Notes under the pieces: generated by a model
What the model was told of the DNA's origin: nothing
Seen by the model: only the letters and a program-made list of their open reading frames with translations
Databases searched by the model: none
Source: an uncultured Planctomycetaceae bacterium
GTDB lineage: Bacteria; Planctomycetota; Planctomycetia; Isosphaerales; Isosphaeraceae
Length of the DNA: 64,000 nucleotides
Direction: 5' to 3'
Assembly: GCA_963833985.1 (NCBI GenBank)
Contig: CAWIAD010000001.1
Span: 992,001-1,056,000 of the forward strand
Part shown: positions 21,096-32,377 of the stretch, piece after piece
Numbering within the stretch: position 1 is the first letter of the stretch
How the letters are laid out: every line of letters begins with the position of its first letter
Translations under genes and position numbers: made by a program

Positions 21096-21159
21096 GGGTC
21101 CACCCGACCACGCCGTAGGCCGTGATGCTGAGGCACTCGACAGAGCACCTTCGATGTTC

Positions 21160-21200
21160 GATCCGCTTGCCGTTATCCACACGATACCGGCAAGCGGATC
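21160..21200. repeat. Perfect 13-bp inverted repeat (possible terminator/regulatory hairpin) enclosing TTATCCACA
   Basis: GATCCGCTTGCCG (21160-72) / CGGCAAGCGGATC (21188-200). Confidence 0.75.
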
Positions 21201-21315
21201 TGGCTTACCGGCCCGGTGGACTTGACGGATCCGCCGGCGCCGGGTGATGCTCCAGGAGACGCGGAAAGCTGGGGCCGCAGTGTCGCCGGCCGTTCCGCGC
21301 TCTCAGGACCGCACG

Positions 21316-23084
21316 ATGGAAACCGCACGCATTGCCCAGATCCTCGACGAGATGGGCACGATCCTCGAGATCCAGGGCGAAAACCCGTTTCGCTGCCGGG
21401 CCTACCACAATGCGGCCCAGGTGCTCACCAACCTTCCTGCCGACCTCTCCGAGATGATCGCCGATGGCAGCCTGGCCGAGGTGCAGGGCATCGGCGAGAC
21501 GATGCACGCCAAGATCGTGCAACTCGCAACCACCGGCCATCTGCCAGCCTTCGACAAGCTTCGCGCCACGCTGCCGCCGGGGGTTCTCGCCCTACTGAAA
21601 GTGCCTGGCCTCGGTCCCAAGAAGATCAAGGCCCTGCATGAAGCGCTGAAGATCGAGAGCCTGGCCGACCTCCGTGCCGCCGCCGAGGCGGGGTCGATTG
21701 CCCGGATCAAGGGGTTCGGCGCCAGGACCGAGGCCAACATCCTGGAAGGAATCGCCTTTCTGGAAAAGACCGGCGGGCGCATCTTGCAGAACGAAGCGCT
21801 GATGCTGGTCGCACCGATCTTCGAAGCGGTGCGCCGCCACCCGCAGGTGATTCGCGCCGAGGTCTGCGGCAGCCTGCGGAGACGGGCCGAGACGATCGGC
21901 GATCTCGACATCCTCTTCAGCGCCGGCGACCCTGCGCCGGTGCTGAAGGAGTTCGTCTCTCTGCCCCAGGTGGCGCGTGTGCTGGCGCACGGCCCGACCA
22001 AGGCCAGCGTCCTCTTGCCCGCGTTCCAGTCCGATCAATACGTGCAGTGCGACCTGCGGGGCGTGGAGGACCGGCAGTTTCCCTTCGCCCTGCATTACTT
22101 CACCGGATCGAAGGCGCACAATATCGCCATCCGCAAGCGGGCCCTGGCCCGGGGGCTGTCGCTCAACGAGTACGCTCTGAGCGGCAACGGCACCGAGGTG
22201 TCCTGCCTGACCGAAGCCGACCTGTTCCGGGCACTCGGCCTGGCCGAGATTCCGCCGGAGCTCCGTGAGGACGCAGGCGAGATCGAGGCCGCGGAACACG
22301 GCAAGCTTCCCAGGCTCGTCGCCGCGGATGACCTGACCGGGACCTTCCATTGCCACACGGACTGGAGCGACGGTGACGCGACCCTGGAGCAGATGGCCGC
22401 AGGCGCCGCGCAGCCGGGCTCACTTACCTGGGCATCGCCGATCACTCCCGCTCGCTGCGCATGGCCGGCGGGCTGTCCGTCGAGCGGGTGCGCGAGCAGT
22501 GGTCCCGCATCGACGCGCTGAACGCGCAGTTCGGCGAATCTTTCCGGCTCTTCAAGGGAACCGAGTGCGACATCCTGGCCGACGGCTCGCTGGATTTTCC
22601 GGACGACCTCCTTGACGGCTTCGACTACGTCGTCGCGAGTATCCACTCCCACTTCCGGATGTCGCGCGAGGAGATGACCGCGCGGGTGATCCGCGCGGTC
22701 TCACACCCGCGCGTCACCATGCTCGGCCATCCCACCGGCCGGCTCCTGCTCTCACGCGCCAGCTACGCGGTCGATCTTGACGCCGTGATCGAAGCGGCCG
22801 CCCGAGCCGGCACGATGATTGAAATCAACGCGAATCCCCATCGCCTGGACCTCGACGCCGTGCACTGCCGCCGTGCCTGCCAGAAGGGCGTGCCCCTGGT
22901 CATCAATCCCGACGCGCATTCGGTTTCCGGATTGCATGACCTGACATACGGCGTGAGCGTGGCGCGGCGTGCCTGGCTAGAGGCAGGCAATTTGCTGAAC
23001 ACCGCAGCATTACCGGAAGTGGCGAGGCGGTTGGAGCAAATGCGGCGCCGCGGGGAGCCTGCACACGACCCTGTGCACCGCTGA
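21316..23084 (+). CDS. polX: DNA polymerase/3'-5' exonuclease PolX (PolX + PHP), 1-nt frameshift near 22406
   Basis: ENPFRCRAY, GLGPKK, GSLRRRAETIGDLDIL, YFTGSKAHN, HCHTDWSDG; the shifted frame gives LGIADHS, GTECDIL, GHPTGRLL, EINANPHRLD, INPDAH. Confidence 0.92.
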
Positions 23085-23157
23085 GCCAGCGCCGGTCCGG
23101 TGCGCATCCGTCCGTGAGATACATGCACAACCCGAAAGGCGATCGATGGCTCGGGAC

Positions 23158-23185
23158 TTGCTGGGTTCTGAAGCTACCCTATAAT
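23158..23185 (+). promoter_or_regulatory. Putative sigma70 promoter for the DUF2203-cmk-plsC genes
   Basis: TTGCTG-N16-TATAAT in the intergenic region. Confidence 0.45.
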
Positions 23186-23350
23186 GCTTATTGAGCGGTC
23201 AGGACGCATACCAGTTTCGGCCACCCGGGCAGGCTCACGATTGCGCCCGGCCGGGGAAGGTGCGTTGGGATCGGTCGCTCCTGATCACGTAATCATCTGC
23301 TTGCCGATAGATTCCTCGCCGTTCATCGCTCTCATCCAGAGGACATCCCC

Positions 23351-23815
23351 ATGGCCCCAGCCAGACCGCTTGCTCCGAAGAAGCCGAAGTTTTTCAGCGT
23401 CGAGGAGGCCAACAAGTCATTGCCGCTGGTCAAGGCAATTGTCGAGGACATCGTTCGCCAGTCGCGTCTGGTCGACAATCTTCAGCAGCGGATCGCCCGG
23501 GTGGCCCGCGAGAGCCGGCGGCCCAGCGACGATCCGTACTCCGAGGAGATCGCCCAGACCCAGAACGAGCTGGAGGTCGAAGGCGAACGGTTGCAAGGTT
23601 ATGTCGACGAGCTCAAGAGCCTGGGGGTGGAGCTGAAGAGCGATGAGATCGGACTGTGCGATTTCCGGAGCCTGATGAATGGCCACGAGGTCTACCTTTG
23701 CTGGCGGCTGGGCGAGGCGTCGGTGATGTTCTGGCACGAGCTCGACGCCGGCTTCTCCGGTCGCCAGAAGCTCAAGCTGCACGCGGAATCCAAGGCCGGC
23801 GATGACCGCCGCTAG
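23351..23815 (+). CDS. DUF2203 family protein
   Basis: FSVEEAN..LP, GL.DF, EVYLCWRLGE..V.FWHELDAGFSGRQ. Confidence 0.9.
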   Translation: MAPARPLAPKKPKFFSVEEANKSLPLVKAIVEDIVRQSRLVDNLQQRIARVARESRRPSDDPYSEEIAQTQNELEVEGERLQGYVDELKSLGVELKSDEIGLCDFRSLMNGHEVYLCWRLGEASVMFWHELDAGFSGRQKLKLHAESKAGDDRR

Positions 23816-23891
23816 TTCAGATGGAGTGCCCCGTCCGGGGCCAGGCGCGGCGATTCTGCCCCGGCCCCAGCACATCAATCGGGCCTGACCC

Positions 23892-24560
23892 ATGCCGCGC
23901 GTGGTGACGATCGATGGGCCCGCCGGGGCCGGCAAGAGCACCGTGGCGCGCCGCCTGGCAGCCCGGCTGGGCTGGCAGTTCCTTGACACCGGCGCAATGT
24001 ACCGCGCCGTCACGCTGGCTGCCCTGCGGTCGCGGACCGACCTCTCCAGCGACCGGCATCTGGGCGACCTGATCGCCGGACTGAACGTGAGCTGGCACGA
24101 GGGTGAGATTCGCCTCGATGGCGAGGATGTGGCCAGGTTGATCCGCACGGTCGAGGTGACGCATGCCTCCCGTTTCGTGGCCGACAGCCCCAGCGTCCGC
24201 CGCAAGCTCGTGGAATGGCAGCGCGCCTTCGCCGCCCAGGCTGACACGGTCACCGAGGGCCGCGATCAGGGGACTGTCGTGTTCCCGCACGCGTTTCTCA
24301 AGTTCTTCTTGACCGCGCCCGCCGAGGAACGAGCCCGCCGCCGGCTTGCCGATCTCGTGGCCGCCGGCCAGACGCAGAGCCTTGAAGCGGTCCTCGACGA
24401 TCTCCGCCAGCGCGATGCACGCGACGCGGCCCGGGCCATCGCACCGCTCAAGCCCGCCCCCGACGCCGAATTGATCGACACCGGCGGTCTGACAATCGAC
24501 CAGGTCGTCGATCGGCTCTGCCAGCGCATCCTCGCACACCGGAGCGATCCGTCCCCATGA
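23892..24560 (+). CDS. cmk: Cytidylate kinase
   Basis: IDGPAGAGKST, LDTGAMYRAVT, EGRDQGTVVFP, RDARD. Confidence 0.97.
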   Translation: MPRVVTIDGPAGAGKSTVARRLAARLGWQFLDTGAMYRAVTLAALRSRTDLSSDRHLGDLIAGLNVSWHEGEIRLDGEDVARLIRTVEVTHASRFVADSPSVRRKLVEWQRAFAAQADTVTEGRDQGTVVFPHAFLKFFLTAPAEERARRRLADLVAAGQTQSLEAVLDDLRQRDARDAARAIAPLKPAPDAELIDTGGLTIDQVVDRLCQRILAHRSDPSP

Positions 24561-25285
24561 GTGAACCTGCCGCTGAGTCCTCCACAACACCCCTATCCGG
24601 TCCCGAGGGAACCGGCTGGAGTGCCGGATCCGATGGCACCACCACAACTCTTGCGGGCCTGCTCTGGTACCGGCTCGTTCAATACTCCCTCGGCATCTTT
24701 CTGGCTGCTGCGGGAGGCTGGCGCGCCACCGGCCGACAGCACATGCCCCGGCACGGGGCCGCGCTGCTGGTCTCCAACCACCTCAGCTTCCTGGACGTTT
24801 TCCTGATCGGCGTGCCGCTCCAGCGCCGGCTCAACTTCATGGCCCGTTCCACGCTCTTCGTGCCCGTGCTCGGGTTCCTGATCCGCTCGGTGGGAGGCTT
24901 TCCCATCCAGCGCGAGGGAATGGGGGCCTCGGGTCTGAAGGAGACGCTTCGGCGGCTGCGGAAGGGCGGAATCGTGACGCTCTTCCCGGAAGGGACGCGC
25001 AGTCCCGATGGCAAGCTCGCCCCCCTCAAACCGGGCATCGCGACCCTGATCGCACGGACCGGAGTGCCCGTGGTGCCCGCCGGCATCTGCGGCACGTACG
25101 AGGCCTGGCCGCGATCGCGGCTGTTGCCGCGTCCCTACCCGCTTCGCATCCACTTCGGGCCGCCGATCCAGCCGCAGGACCTCGTGGGGATGGCCCCAGA
25201 GGCCGTCACAGCGCTGATCCGCGAGCGGCTGGAAGAGTGCATCCGGCATGCGCGAGAAGGCCTCTGCCACGACCTGGGCGCATGA
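24557..25285 (+). CDS. plsC: 1-acyl-sn-glycerol-3-phosphate (lysophospholipid) acyltransferase, PlsC-like
   Basis: NHLSFLD and FPEGTRS motifs; ATGA overlap with cmk. Confidence 0.85.
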   Translation: MSEPAAESSTTPLSGPEGTGWSAGSDGTTTTLAGLLWYRLVQYSLGIFLAAAGGWRATGRQHMPRHGAALLVSNHLSFLDVFLIGVPLQRRLNFMARSTLFVPVLGFLIRSVGGFPIQREGMGASGLKETLRRLRKGGIVTLFPEGTRSPDGKLAPLKPGIATLIARTGVPVVPAGICGTYEAWPRSRLLPRPYPLRIHFGPPIQPQDLVGMAPEAVTALIRERLEECIRHAREGLCHDLGA

Positions 25286-25394
25286 TTGGCCGGACATCTT
25301 CTCCGGGTCCGCCCGGGGCTGGCATGTTCCGACATTTGCCGCCATACTGGCGTGCAATTCATGGAGATCGACACACCAGACCGAGGCGACGGCA

Positions 25395-26408
25395 ATGGGC
25401 GATTCAGCGACCGGATTCTCTCTTACGGACACCGCTTGCGACCCGTCCACGCCCATGCTCTCGCGCCGGGCGTTCTGCGCCGGCAGCGTCACGGCCTGCG
25501 CGACTGCCGCGGGCGGGCGTGCGCCGGCGGGCGAGGCCGCGCTTGCACGGCCCATGCCATTGTCCCGGTGTTTCTTGCTGGGCCTGAACACCAGCACCAT
25601 CCGGGGCCAGAAGCTGCCGGTCGTCGACCAGATCGCCGTCGCCTCGAAAGCGGGGTTCGAGGGGATGGAGCCCTGGTTGGAGGAGCTCCGCCACTACGCC
25701 GAGTCAGGGGGCTCACTGCCAGACCTTGGCAAGCGATTCCGTGACGCGGGAATCCACGTGGAGAGCGCCATCGATTTCTTCGAGTGGGCCGTGGATGACG
25801 ACGCGCGCCGTGCCCGCGGTCTCGAGGCCGCCAGAAGAAGCATGGACATCCTTAAGAAAATCGGCGGCAAGCGGATCGCTGCGCCGCCGGCGGGCGCGAC
25901 CGATCACGCCGTCGATCCGCTCCGGGTGGCCGAGCGCTATCGCAGGCTGCTGGAGCTGGGCGACCAGATGGGTATCGTTCCCCAGGTCGAGGTCTGGGGG
26001 AGCTCGCGCACCCTCGGCCGGCTGGGTGAGGCGGCGCAGGTCGCCATCGAGTCGGGGCACCCCAGGGCCTGCATCCTTCCCGACGTGTTCCACCTCTACA
26101 AGGGCGGCTCCGCACTCCAGGGCGTCAACCTGCTTGGGCCACGAGCCATACATGTCTTCCACGTCAACGACTACCCCGCGGAACCCGAGCGGCAGAAGCT
26201 TACCGACGCCGACCGCGTTTACCCGGGAGACGGCGTCGCTCCCTACAAGACCCTGCTCGCCGACCTGCGTGACGCGGGCTTCCAGGTCATGCTTTCGCTC
26301 GAGCTGTTCAACCGTGACTACTGGAAGCAAGACCCATACCAGGTCGCCCGCACCGGCTTCGACAAGCTCAAGCGGCTGGTTCTCGCCAGCGAGCAAAAGC
26401 CCTCGTGA
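25395..26408 (+). CDS. Tat-signal sugar phosphate isomerase/epimerase (xylose isomerase-like TIM barrel)
   Basis: SRRAFCAG; LNTSTI, EPW, DVFHLYKG, HVND, RVYPGDG, SLELFN. Confidence 0.88.
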   Translation: MGDSATGFSLTDTACDPSTPMLSRRAFCAGSVTACATAAGGRAPAGEAALARPMPLSRCFLLGLNTSTIRGQKLPVVDQIAVASKAGFEGMEPWLEELRHYAESGGSLPDLGKRFRDAGIHVESAIDFFEWAVDDDARRARGLEAARRSMDILKKIGGKRIAAPPAGATDHAVDPLRVAERYRRLLELGDQMGIVPQVEVWGSSRTLGRLGEAAQVAIESGHPRACILPDVFHLYKGGSALQGVNLLGPRAIHVFHVNDYPAEPERQKLTDADRVYPGDGVAPYKTLLADLRDAGFQVMLSLELFNRDYWKQDPYQVARTGFDKLKRLVLASEQKPS

Positions 26409-26427
26409 GTCTCCGGCGGCTTCCGGG

Positions 26428-27042
26428 GTGCTGACAGTCGTGCTCTTTGAATCGATCCTCGCACAGGCACGCGCGCTGGTCCGCCGGGCCGTGAAGCCCG
26501 GAGACACGGTCGTGGATGCCACGGTGGGCAACGGGCACGACACCCTTTTTCTCGCGCATCACGTAGGGCCGGAGGGACGCGTCATTGGCTTCGATATCCA
26601 GCCCCGGGCGCTCGACGCCACGCGCCTGCGGTTGCACGAGGCCGGGTTGGAAGCAAGGGTTCGGCTCGTGCTGCGCGGCCACCAGGAGCTGGCGGCATGG
26701 TTCGCGGACTCCACGGATCCCTTGCGGCCAAGCGCGGTGATGTTCAACCTCGGCTACCTTCCGAAGGGAGACCACTCGGTGATCACGCGCGCGGATACTA
26801 CCGTCGCTGCGCTCGGGGCATCGCTGCAATTGCTTGCTCCCGGCGGAGTCATCACCATTGCGGTCTACCCGGGTCACGAGGGCGGGTCCGACGAGGCCGA
26901 AGCCGTACCGGACTGGGCGCGACGCGTGCCGCCGGCGCTCGCCCAGACGGTCTGCCGGCAGGTGCTGAACACACGCAGGACAGGTCCGTTCCTGGTGGCG
27001 GTGGCCGCCAGATCCAGACGCCGCTCGCCGGACCCGTTTTGA
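26428..27042 (+). CDS. Class I SAM methyltransferase, YtqB/MnmM (rRNA_methylase) family; start approximate
   Basis: VDATVGNGHDTLFLA, GFDIQ, MFNLGYLPKGD, YPGHEGG. Confidence 0.85.
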   Translation: MLTVVLFESILAQARALVRRAVKPGDTVVDATVGNGHDTLFLAHHVGPEGRVIGFDIQPRALDATRLRLHEAGLEARVRLVLRGHQELAAWFADSTDPLRPSAVMFNLGYLPKGDHSVITRADTTVAALGASLQLLAPGGVITIAVYPGHEGGSDEAEAVPDWARRVPPALAQTVCRQVLNTRRTGPFLVAVAARSRRRSPDPF

Positions 27043-27424
27043 ACGCCGCATGGGCCGGACGAACAATGCAAGGAACACGCCCCTTTCGGAAATGCGAATC
27101 GGGCGCACGAATCACTCTTGAAACCGTCTCAGCTCGAAGCTACCCTCTTTGAGACTTGTCTTGCCCGCTCAAAATCAACATCGGGATATTCCGGTCTTTT
27201 AAGTTCGTTCACCACAATTCCTGAATCTTTCTATGGTTCTGTAAACGAAGATGAATTCCCTGGGTGGTTTGTCACTGACTGACCCTATGTTGCGTGAGTG
27301 AGTGGCATACGCGTGCGTTGATTGACTGGCGATGGCCGTGGCCCATGGGGCAGATCTGTCCGATCATCGCTCGATGCAATTTGAGAGAGCGTGGAACGCA
27401 GGACCGGCTGCGGCCGGGGAAGGC

Positions 27425-27670
27425 ATGCCCATGTCAGCAGTTCGAGCACCGATCTGTCTCTGTCGAATCTTCGTGAGCTTGAGTTTCACCGCGGGGCTGG
27501 CCGTGGTGGGCTGCTCTTCGAACACGGCTGCGCCGCCCGCCTCCGCCGGGTCAGAGCCGGCACCGGCCCCCGTCGCCGCCGTGACTTCCAGGAGCAAGGG
27601 CAAGATACACGGCTCGTCGCGCCGCGATCTCTACCGGCAGAAGGCACAATCGTCCGTGGGTTCTCCGTGA
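27425..27670 (+). CDS. Small putative lipoprotein upstream of the DUF1559 gene
   Basis: Hydrophobic stretch ending in lipobox-like LAVVG-C, then an Ala/Pro-rich linker and basic tail. Confidence 0.55.
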   Translation: MPMSAVRAPICLCRIFVSLSFTAGLAVVGCSSNTAAPPASAGSEPAPAPVAAVTSRSKGKIHGSSRRDLYRQKAQSSVGSP

Positions 27671-27742
27671 GTCGTTCCCATTTCCTGATCGATCGCGTCA
27701 TTCTCTTATCGTGGCCTCTGGTTCTTCCGAGGGGATCATTCC

Positions 27743-28860
27743 ATGCCGATTCGCGCACGCGCACCGGAGCGTATCGCGGCTTCACGCTCATCGAGCTTCT
27801 GGTCGTCATCGCCATCATCGCCGTGCTCATCAGCCTGCTCTTGCCGGCGGTGCAATCCGCCCGCGAGGCCGCCCGCCGCGCCCAGTGCATCAACAACCTG
27901 AAGCAACTGGCGCTGGCCTGCCATAACTACGAGAGCGCCAACGGCTCTTTCCCCATGGGCCGGAGCGTCCAGCAGTACATCTCGCAGGCGGGTTCGTTCC
28001 AGACCTACGCCGACGGCTGGGGCGCCATGGCCGAGCTGCTCCAGTACACCGAGCAGAATTCGCTGTACAACGCGATCAACCAGAACCTGGGCCCTTACCA
28101 GATTCGCAATTACACCGTCATCAACACCGGCATTAACCTGCTCTGGTGCCCCAGCGACGGCGACATCCTCGGTCTCCGGTTCTTCGAAGCTTCCGCTGGA
28201 TGGGACGGCGCCACCCTGCCGATCACCTACACGAGCTATCGTGGCGTGATCGGCACCTTCACGGCCAACCCGATGGACCCGGCGAGCGGTGGGACCGACA
28301 GCTCCACCACCCAGCTTGGCGCCTACGAGGGAATCCTCCGCGAAACCGGTGGTCCGTCGTGGCTGGGGTGGGCATCCCAGGGCCCGGTGCGGATCGCGGC
28401 CATCACCGACGGAACCAGCAACACTTTCCTGTTCGGCGAGACCGCGCAGAGCAAGCTGCTGAAGTTCAAGGTCGGCACCAGCACTCCGTGCGATAACACC
28501 GGCAACTGCCCGTTCGAGGGCCAGGGCTGGTGGGCTGATTCCGACTTCGGCGACTCGTCGATGTCCACCTTCTACCCGATCAACGTCAAGGGCGCGGAGG
28601 TCACCACTCTGGCCGGCTCGTGCGAGCCAGCCAACGTCGGCGGTACCACGGCCACCAGCATGCACCCCGGGGGAGCCAACTTCGCATTCGCCGACGGCTC
28701 GGTGAAGTTCATCAAGGAATCCATCAATAGCTGGAATTACCTGCTCATCAGCCGCGATGCCAATTGCCTGCCAGTCTACCCCGTCGGTTTCATGCGAGGC
28801 GTTTACCAGGCACTCTCCACCCGCAACGGTGGAGAAGTCATCAGCGCCGATCAGTACTGA
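27743..28860 (+). CDS. DUF1559 prepilin-type protein; the RBS-preceded ATG 27743 is 1 nt out of frame (alternative in-frame GTG 27667)
   Basis: [59 protein letters not shown]. Confidence 0.9.
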
Positions 28861-28919
28861 CGAGAGTTGGTGAGTTGCCACTCCTCCAGCATAGCGCGAG
28901 ACGGTCAAGGCGGCTGAGC

Positions 28920-31804
28920 ATGGCCCTCGTGCTCGCCGCCCTCGCGCTGGTGCTCTGGACCGGCTGGAACCATTACGAACAGAAGCAAGGCGCCAAGAAC
29001 TGGCCCTTGCCACGCAGGACATGGCGGCAGGACACTACGCGCTGGCACGGGGCCGCCTGCTGCGGCTCACCACAGGGTGGGCAGGCCGCGACGAGGCGTG
29101 CTTCCGCCTTGGCCTCTGCGAGGAGGCCCGCGGCCGGCTGGATGCAGCGCTGGCTGCCTGGCGGCAGGTTTCTCCGCGCTCGGCCTTCGCCTTCGAGGCG
29201 GCACTTGCCGGTGCTCGCGCCCTCACAAACCAGGGCCGTTTCGCCGCCGCCGAGGAGCGATTGCGGACGCTCGCCCGGCCTGCCGGACCGAAAGGGTCGC
29301 CCGTGCGCCAGGCACTGGAGCTGCTCTATCGCATCGAGGGCCGCAATAACGAGGTACTTCCCCTGCTGGTAGAGGCCTGGCAGGGAGCAGTGGACCCAGC
29401 GGTCGTGCTGCGGCGGATTTATCTGCTGGACAACGCGGCATTTCCGCTCGAGTACGTGCGCTCCACGCTGGAGCGTGCCGACCCGGAGGATGACCGCGTC
29501 TGGTTAGGGAAGGCGAATCTGGCCGCCTGGAGCGGGCAGTTCGAGGACGCGGCACGCTGGCTCGACCGCTGCGCGGCTGCCCGGCCGGACGACCCACCCG
29601 TCTGGAGGGCCCACCTGGAACTGGCCGTTGCGGCCCTCGACCTCGACCGATTCGACCGGGCCTGCGCGCACCTGCACGCCGGGGACTTCTCGGCCGTGGA
29701 CCTGCTTCGCCTCCGCGCCTGGTTGGCGGCCCGCCTCGGCGACCCGGTGCATGAGCACGCCGCGCTGGCGGCGCTCGCTGGCGAAGATTCCGGCAACATG
29801 GGGGCCTGGGACCGTCTGGCCGAGCTGGCCGTTGCGGCCGGCCGCGGCCGGGAGGCCGAGGAATACCGCCGGCGAAAAGCGGCGCTCAACGCGGACCGCA
29901 AGCGCTACAAGAACCTGATCGACCGCGACGACCGCGTCGCACATGCGAAGGAACTGGAGCGTCTGGCCGTAAACCTTGGCCGCCGGCTGGAAGCCCGCGG
30001 CTGGTCGCTCCTGCGCCAGGGGAAGGGGACGGCGGAGCCGCTCGATCCCGAATCCGGACTGTCCGCAGAAGCGGCTCGATCCGACGCGACGCTGGCCGTC
30101 GCCCTCGCCGGCCTCCGCTCCAGCGCAGGTCTCTCGCAAGCTTCCGGCCGCAAGGCCGCGTCATCGGTCGGCCCACGCGCGGCGTTCGCGCAGCCTTCCT
30201 TCACCGACGACGCCGAGACCGCGGGCCTCCGATTCGTGCACAGCAAGGGCCACAGCGGTAAGCGGAACCCGCCTCCGCCCGAGACCATGTGCGGGGGCGT
30301 CGGATTGCTGGATTACGATCGGGACGGCTGGCTGGACGTCTACCTGGTCCAGGGAGGGCCGTTCCCGTCCGGGGATGTCAGCGAGCATGGCGGTGACCGG
30401 CTCTTCCGCAATCGCCGCGATGGCACGTTCGAGGACGTTTCCGAGCAGTCGGGAATCGCGGCGATGCCCCGTGGCTACGGGCACGGCGTGGCCGCGGCCG
30501 ATTACGACAACGACGGCCGTCCCGATCTGTTCGTCACACGGTGGGGCCACTACGCTCTCTATCGCAACCGGGGCGACGGCACCTTTCAGGATGTGACCGA
30601 GCAGGCAGGACTCGGCGGCGACCGCGACTGGCCCACCTCGGCGGCGTTCGCCGACCTTGATGGCGACGGCGACCTGGACCTCTACGTCTGCCATTACCTC
30701 CGCTACGACCCCGTCAGACCGAAGCGGTGCGAGCACCCCGACTCGGCAGCCCGCCACGAGTGCAACCCGCTCGACTTCCCCGCCCTGGGCGATCACGTCT
30801 TTCGCAATGACTCCGGCCGGTTCGTTGACGTGACCTCCGCGGCGGGCTTCCTTGATGCCGACGGCCGCGGGCTGGGTGTTGCGGCCGCCGACCTCGACGG
30901 CGACGGCAAGATCGACATCTATGTCGCCAACGATATGTCGGCGAATTACTTCTTTCACAACCTGGGCGGTCTCCAGTTCGAGGAGATCGGCGGAAGTTCC
31001 GGCGCGGCCGCCAGCGCCGAGGGGGGCTACAAGGCAGGTATGGGCATCGCGTGCGGCGACCTCGACGGCGACGGCTGGCCTGACCTGGCGGTCACGAACT
31101 ACTTCGGCGAGTCCACCACCTTCTACCACAACCTTGGCCGCGGCATCTTCGCCGATCACACCACGGCGGTGGGCATGGCCGCCCCGACGCGCCGGCTGCT
31201 CGGCTTTGGCCTCGCGTTCCTGGATACGAACAACGACGGCTGCCTCGACATGATCAGCGCCAACGGCCACGTCCTCGACGGCCGGCCCACCTACCCCTAC
31301 GCCATGCCCCTGCTGCTCATGCTTGGCACCCCGGCCGGTCGCTTGACCGACGTCTCGAGGACCTCGGGAACACCGTTTACCCCGTTGCACCTGGGACGTG
31401 GACTGGCGGCGGGCGACCTGGATAACGACGGCCGCATGGATGCGCTGGTGGTGGTGCAGAACGAGCCTGTCGTGTTCCTGCACAATCGCACCGAGCCGCG
31501 CGGGCACTTCATCCGCTTTTGCCTGGAGGGCACGCGCTCGAATCGCGACGCCGTGGGCGCGAGGGTGACGGTCTCCTGCGGCGGTCGCGACCGCTACACT
31601 TTTCGCGTGGGCGGGTCAAGCTTCCAGTCGAGCCCGGATCCGCGGATCCATTTCGGCCTGGGCACAGCGACGGCCGTGGATGCCGTCGAGATCCGCTGGC
31701 CATCGGGACGGGTCGACCGCCACGCGGGCCTGGCCGCCGATCGGGAGTATCTCATCCGCGAGGGTGATCCGCCTGTGGACTCTCCCGGCCGCCCCGGAAG
31801 CTGA
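28920..31804 (+). CDS. Membrane-anchored TPR + FG-GAP/CRTAC1 + ASPIC/UnbV protein; 1-nt frameshift near 28990
   Basis: TM helix MALVLAALALVLWTGW in the upstream frame; many DxDxDGxxD FG-GAP repeats; SNRDAVGARV...HFGLG...EIRWPSG ASPIC end. Confidence 0.9.
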
Positions 31805-31884
31805 TTGGCTCATCATTTCAGAGCCGCGACGCGGCGACGTCTCGTGGCGCGCAACCTCTACCTATCGAAATCCGCGGCAGCCTA

Positions 31885-31912
31885 TTGACACCTACTGTTT
31901 GTCTAGTACGAT
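31885..31912 (+). promoter_or_regulatory. Promoter of the blaI cluster overlapping a putative BlaI-type operator
   Basis: TTGACA-N16-TACGAT with TACT-N8-AGTA dyad (31893-31908) in the spacer/-10. Confidence 0.6.
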
Positions 31913-31945
31913 TGAGTCAGTTGATACGGCTGCTCCCGTAGGAGA

Positions 31946-32377
31946 GTGATCGACATGGCCGAGATTATGCCCACCGGCCGCGAGCTTGAAGCCTTGAAGG
32001 TGCTCTGGGAGCGCGGCAGGGCGACGGTTCGCGAGATTTACCAGGAAATGAAGCCGCGTGACGGCGAGGGTGAGCTGGCCTACACGACCGTGCTCAGCCT
32101 GTTGCAGACGATGGAGCAGAAGGGGCTGGTCGGTCACGAGCAGGTGGGGAAGGCTTACCTGTACTTTCCGGTGGCCCAGCGCGATTTGACGTTTCGCCGT
32201 CTCGCGGCCGGCTTCCTTGACCAGGTCTTCGACGGCGCGCTCAGCGAGTACGTCGCCCGCGCCTTGCAGTCGCGCCGGCCTTCACTGGCCGAACTCGAGG
32301 AAATCGAGCTCATGATCAACGAGGCCAAGAAGCGGAGCCGTTCCCGGACCGAGATGAAGGAAGGAGAGACGCGATGA
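31946..32377 (+). CDS. BlaI/MecI/CopY family transcriptional repressor
   Basis: ELEALKVLWERGRATVREI...LAYTTVLSLLQTMEQKGLV...FLDQVFDG. Confidence 0.93.
   Translation: MIDMAEIMPTGRELEALKVLWERGRATVREIYQEMKPRDGEGELAYTTVLSLLQTMEQKGLVGHEQVGKAYLYFPVAQRDLTFRRLAAGFLDQVFDGALSEYVARALQSRRPSLAELEEIELMINEAKKRSRSRTEMKEGETR

Noticed and set aside
21316..23084. Programmed ribosomal frameshifting or true pseudogenisation in polX, asnB, GH57, DUF1800
   Set aside because: No slippery heptamers, no other decay, and many unrelated genes are affected in the same way; sequencing error is more parsimonious
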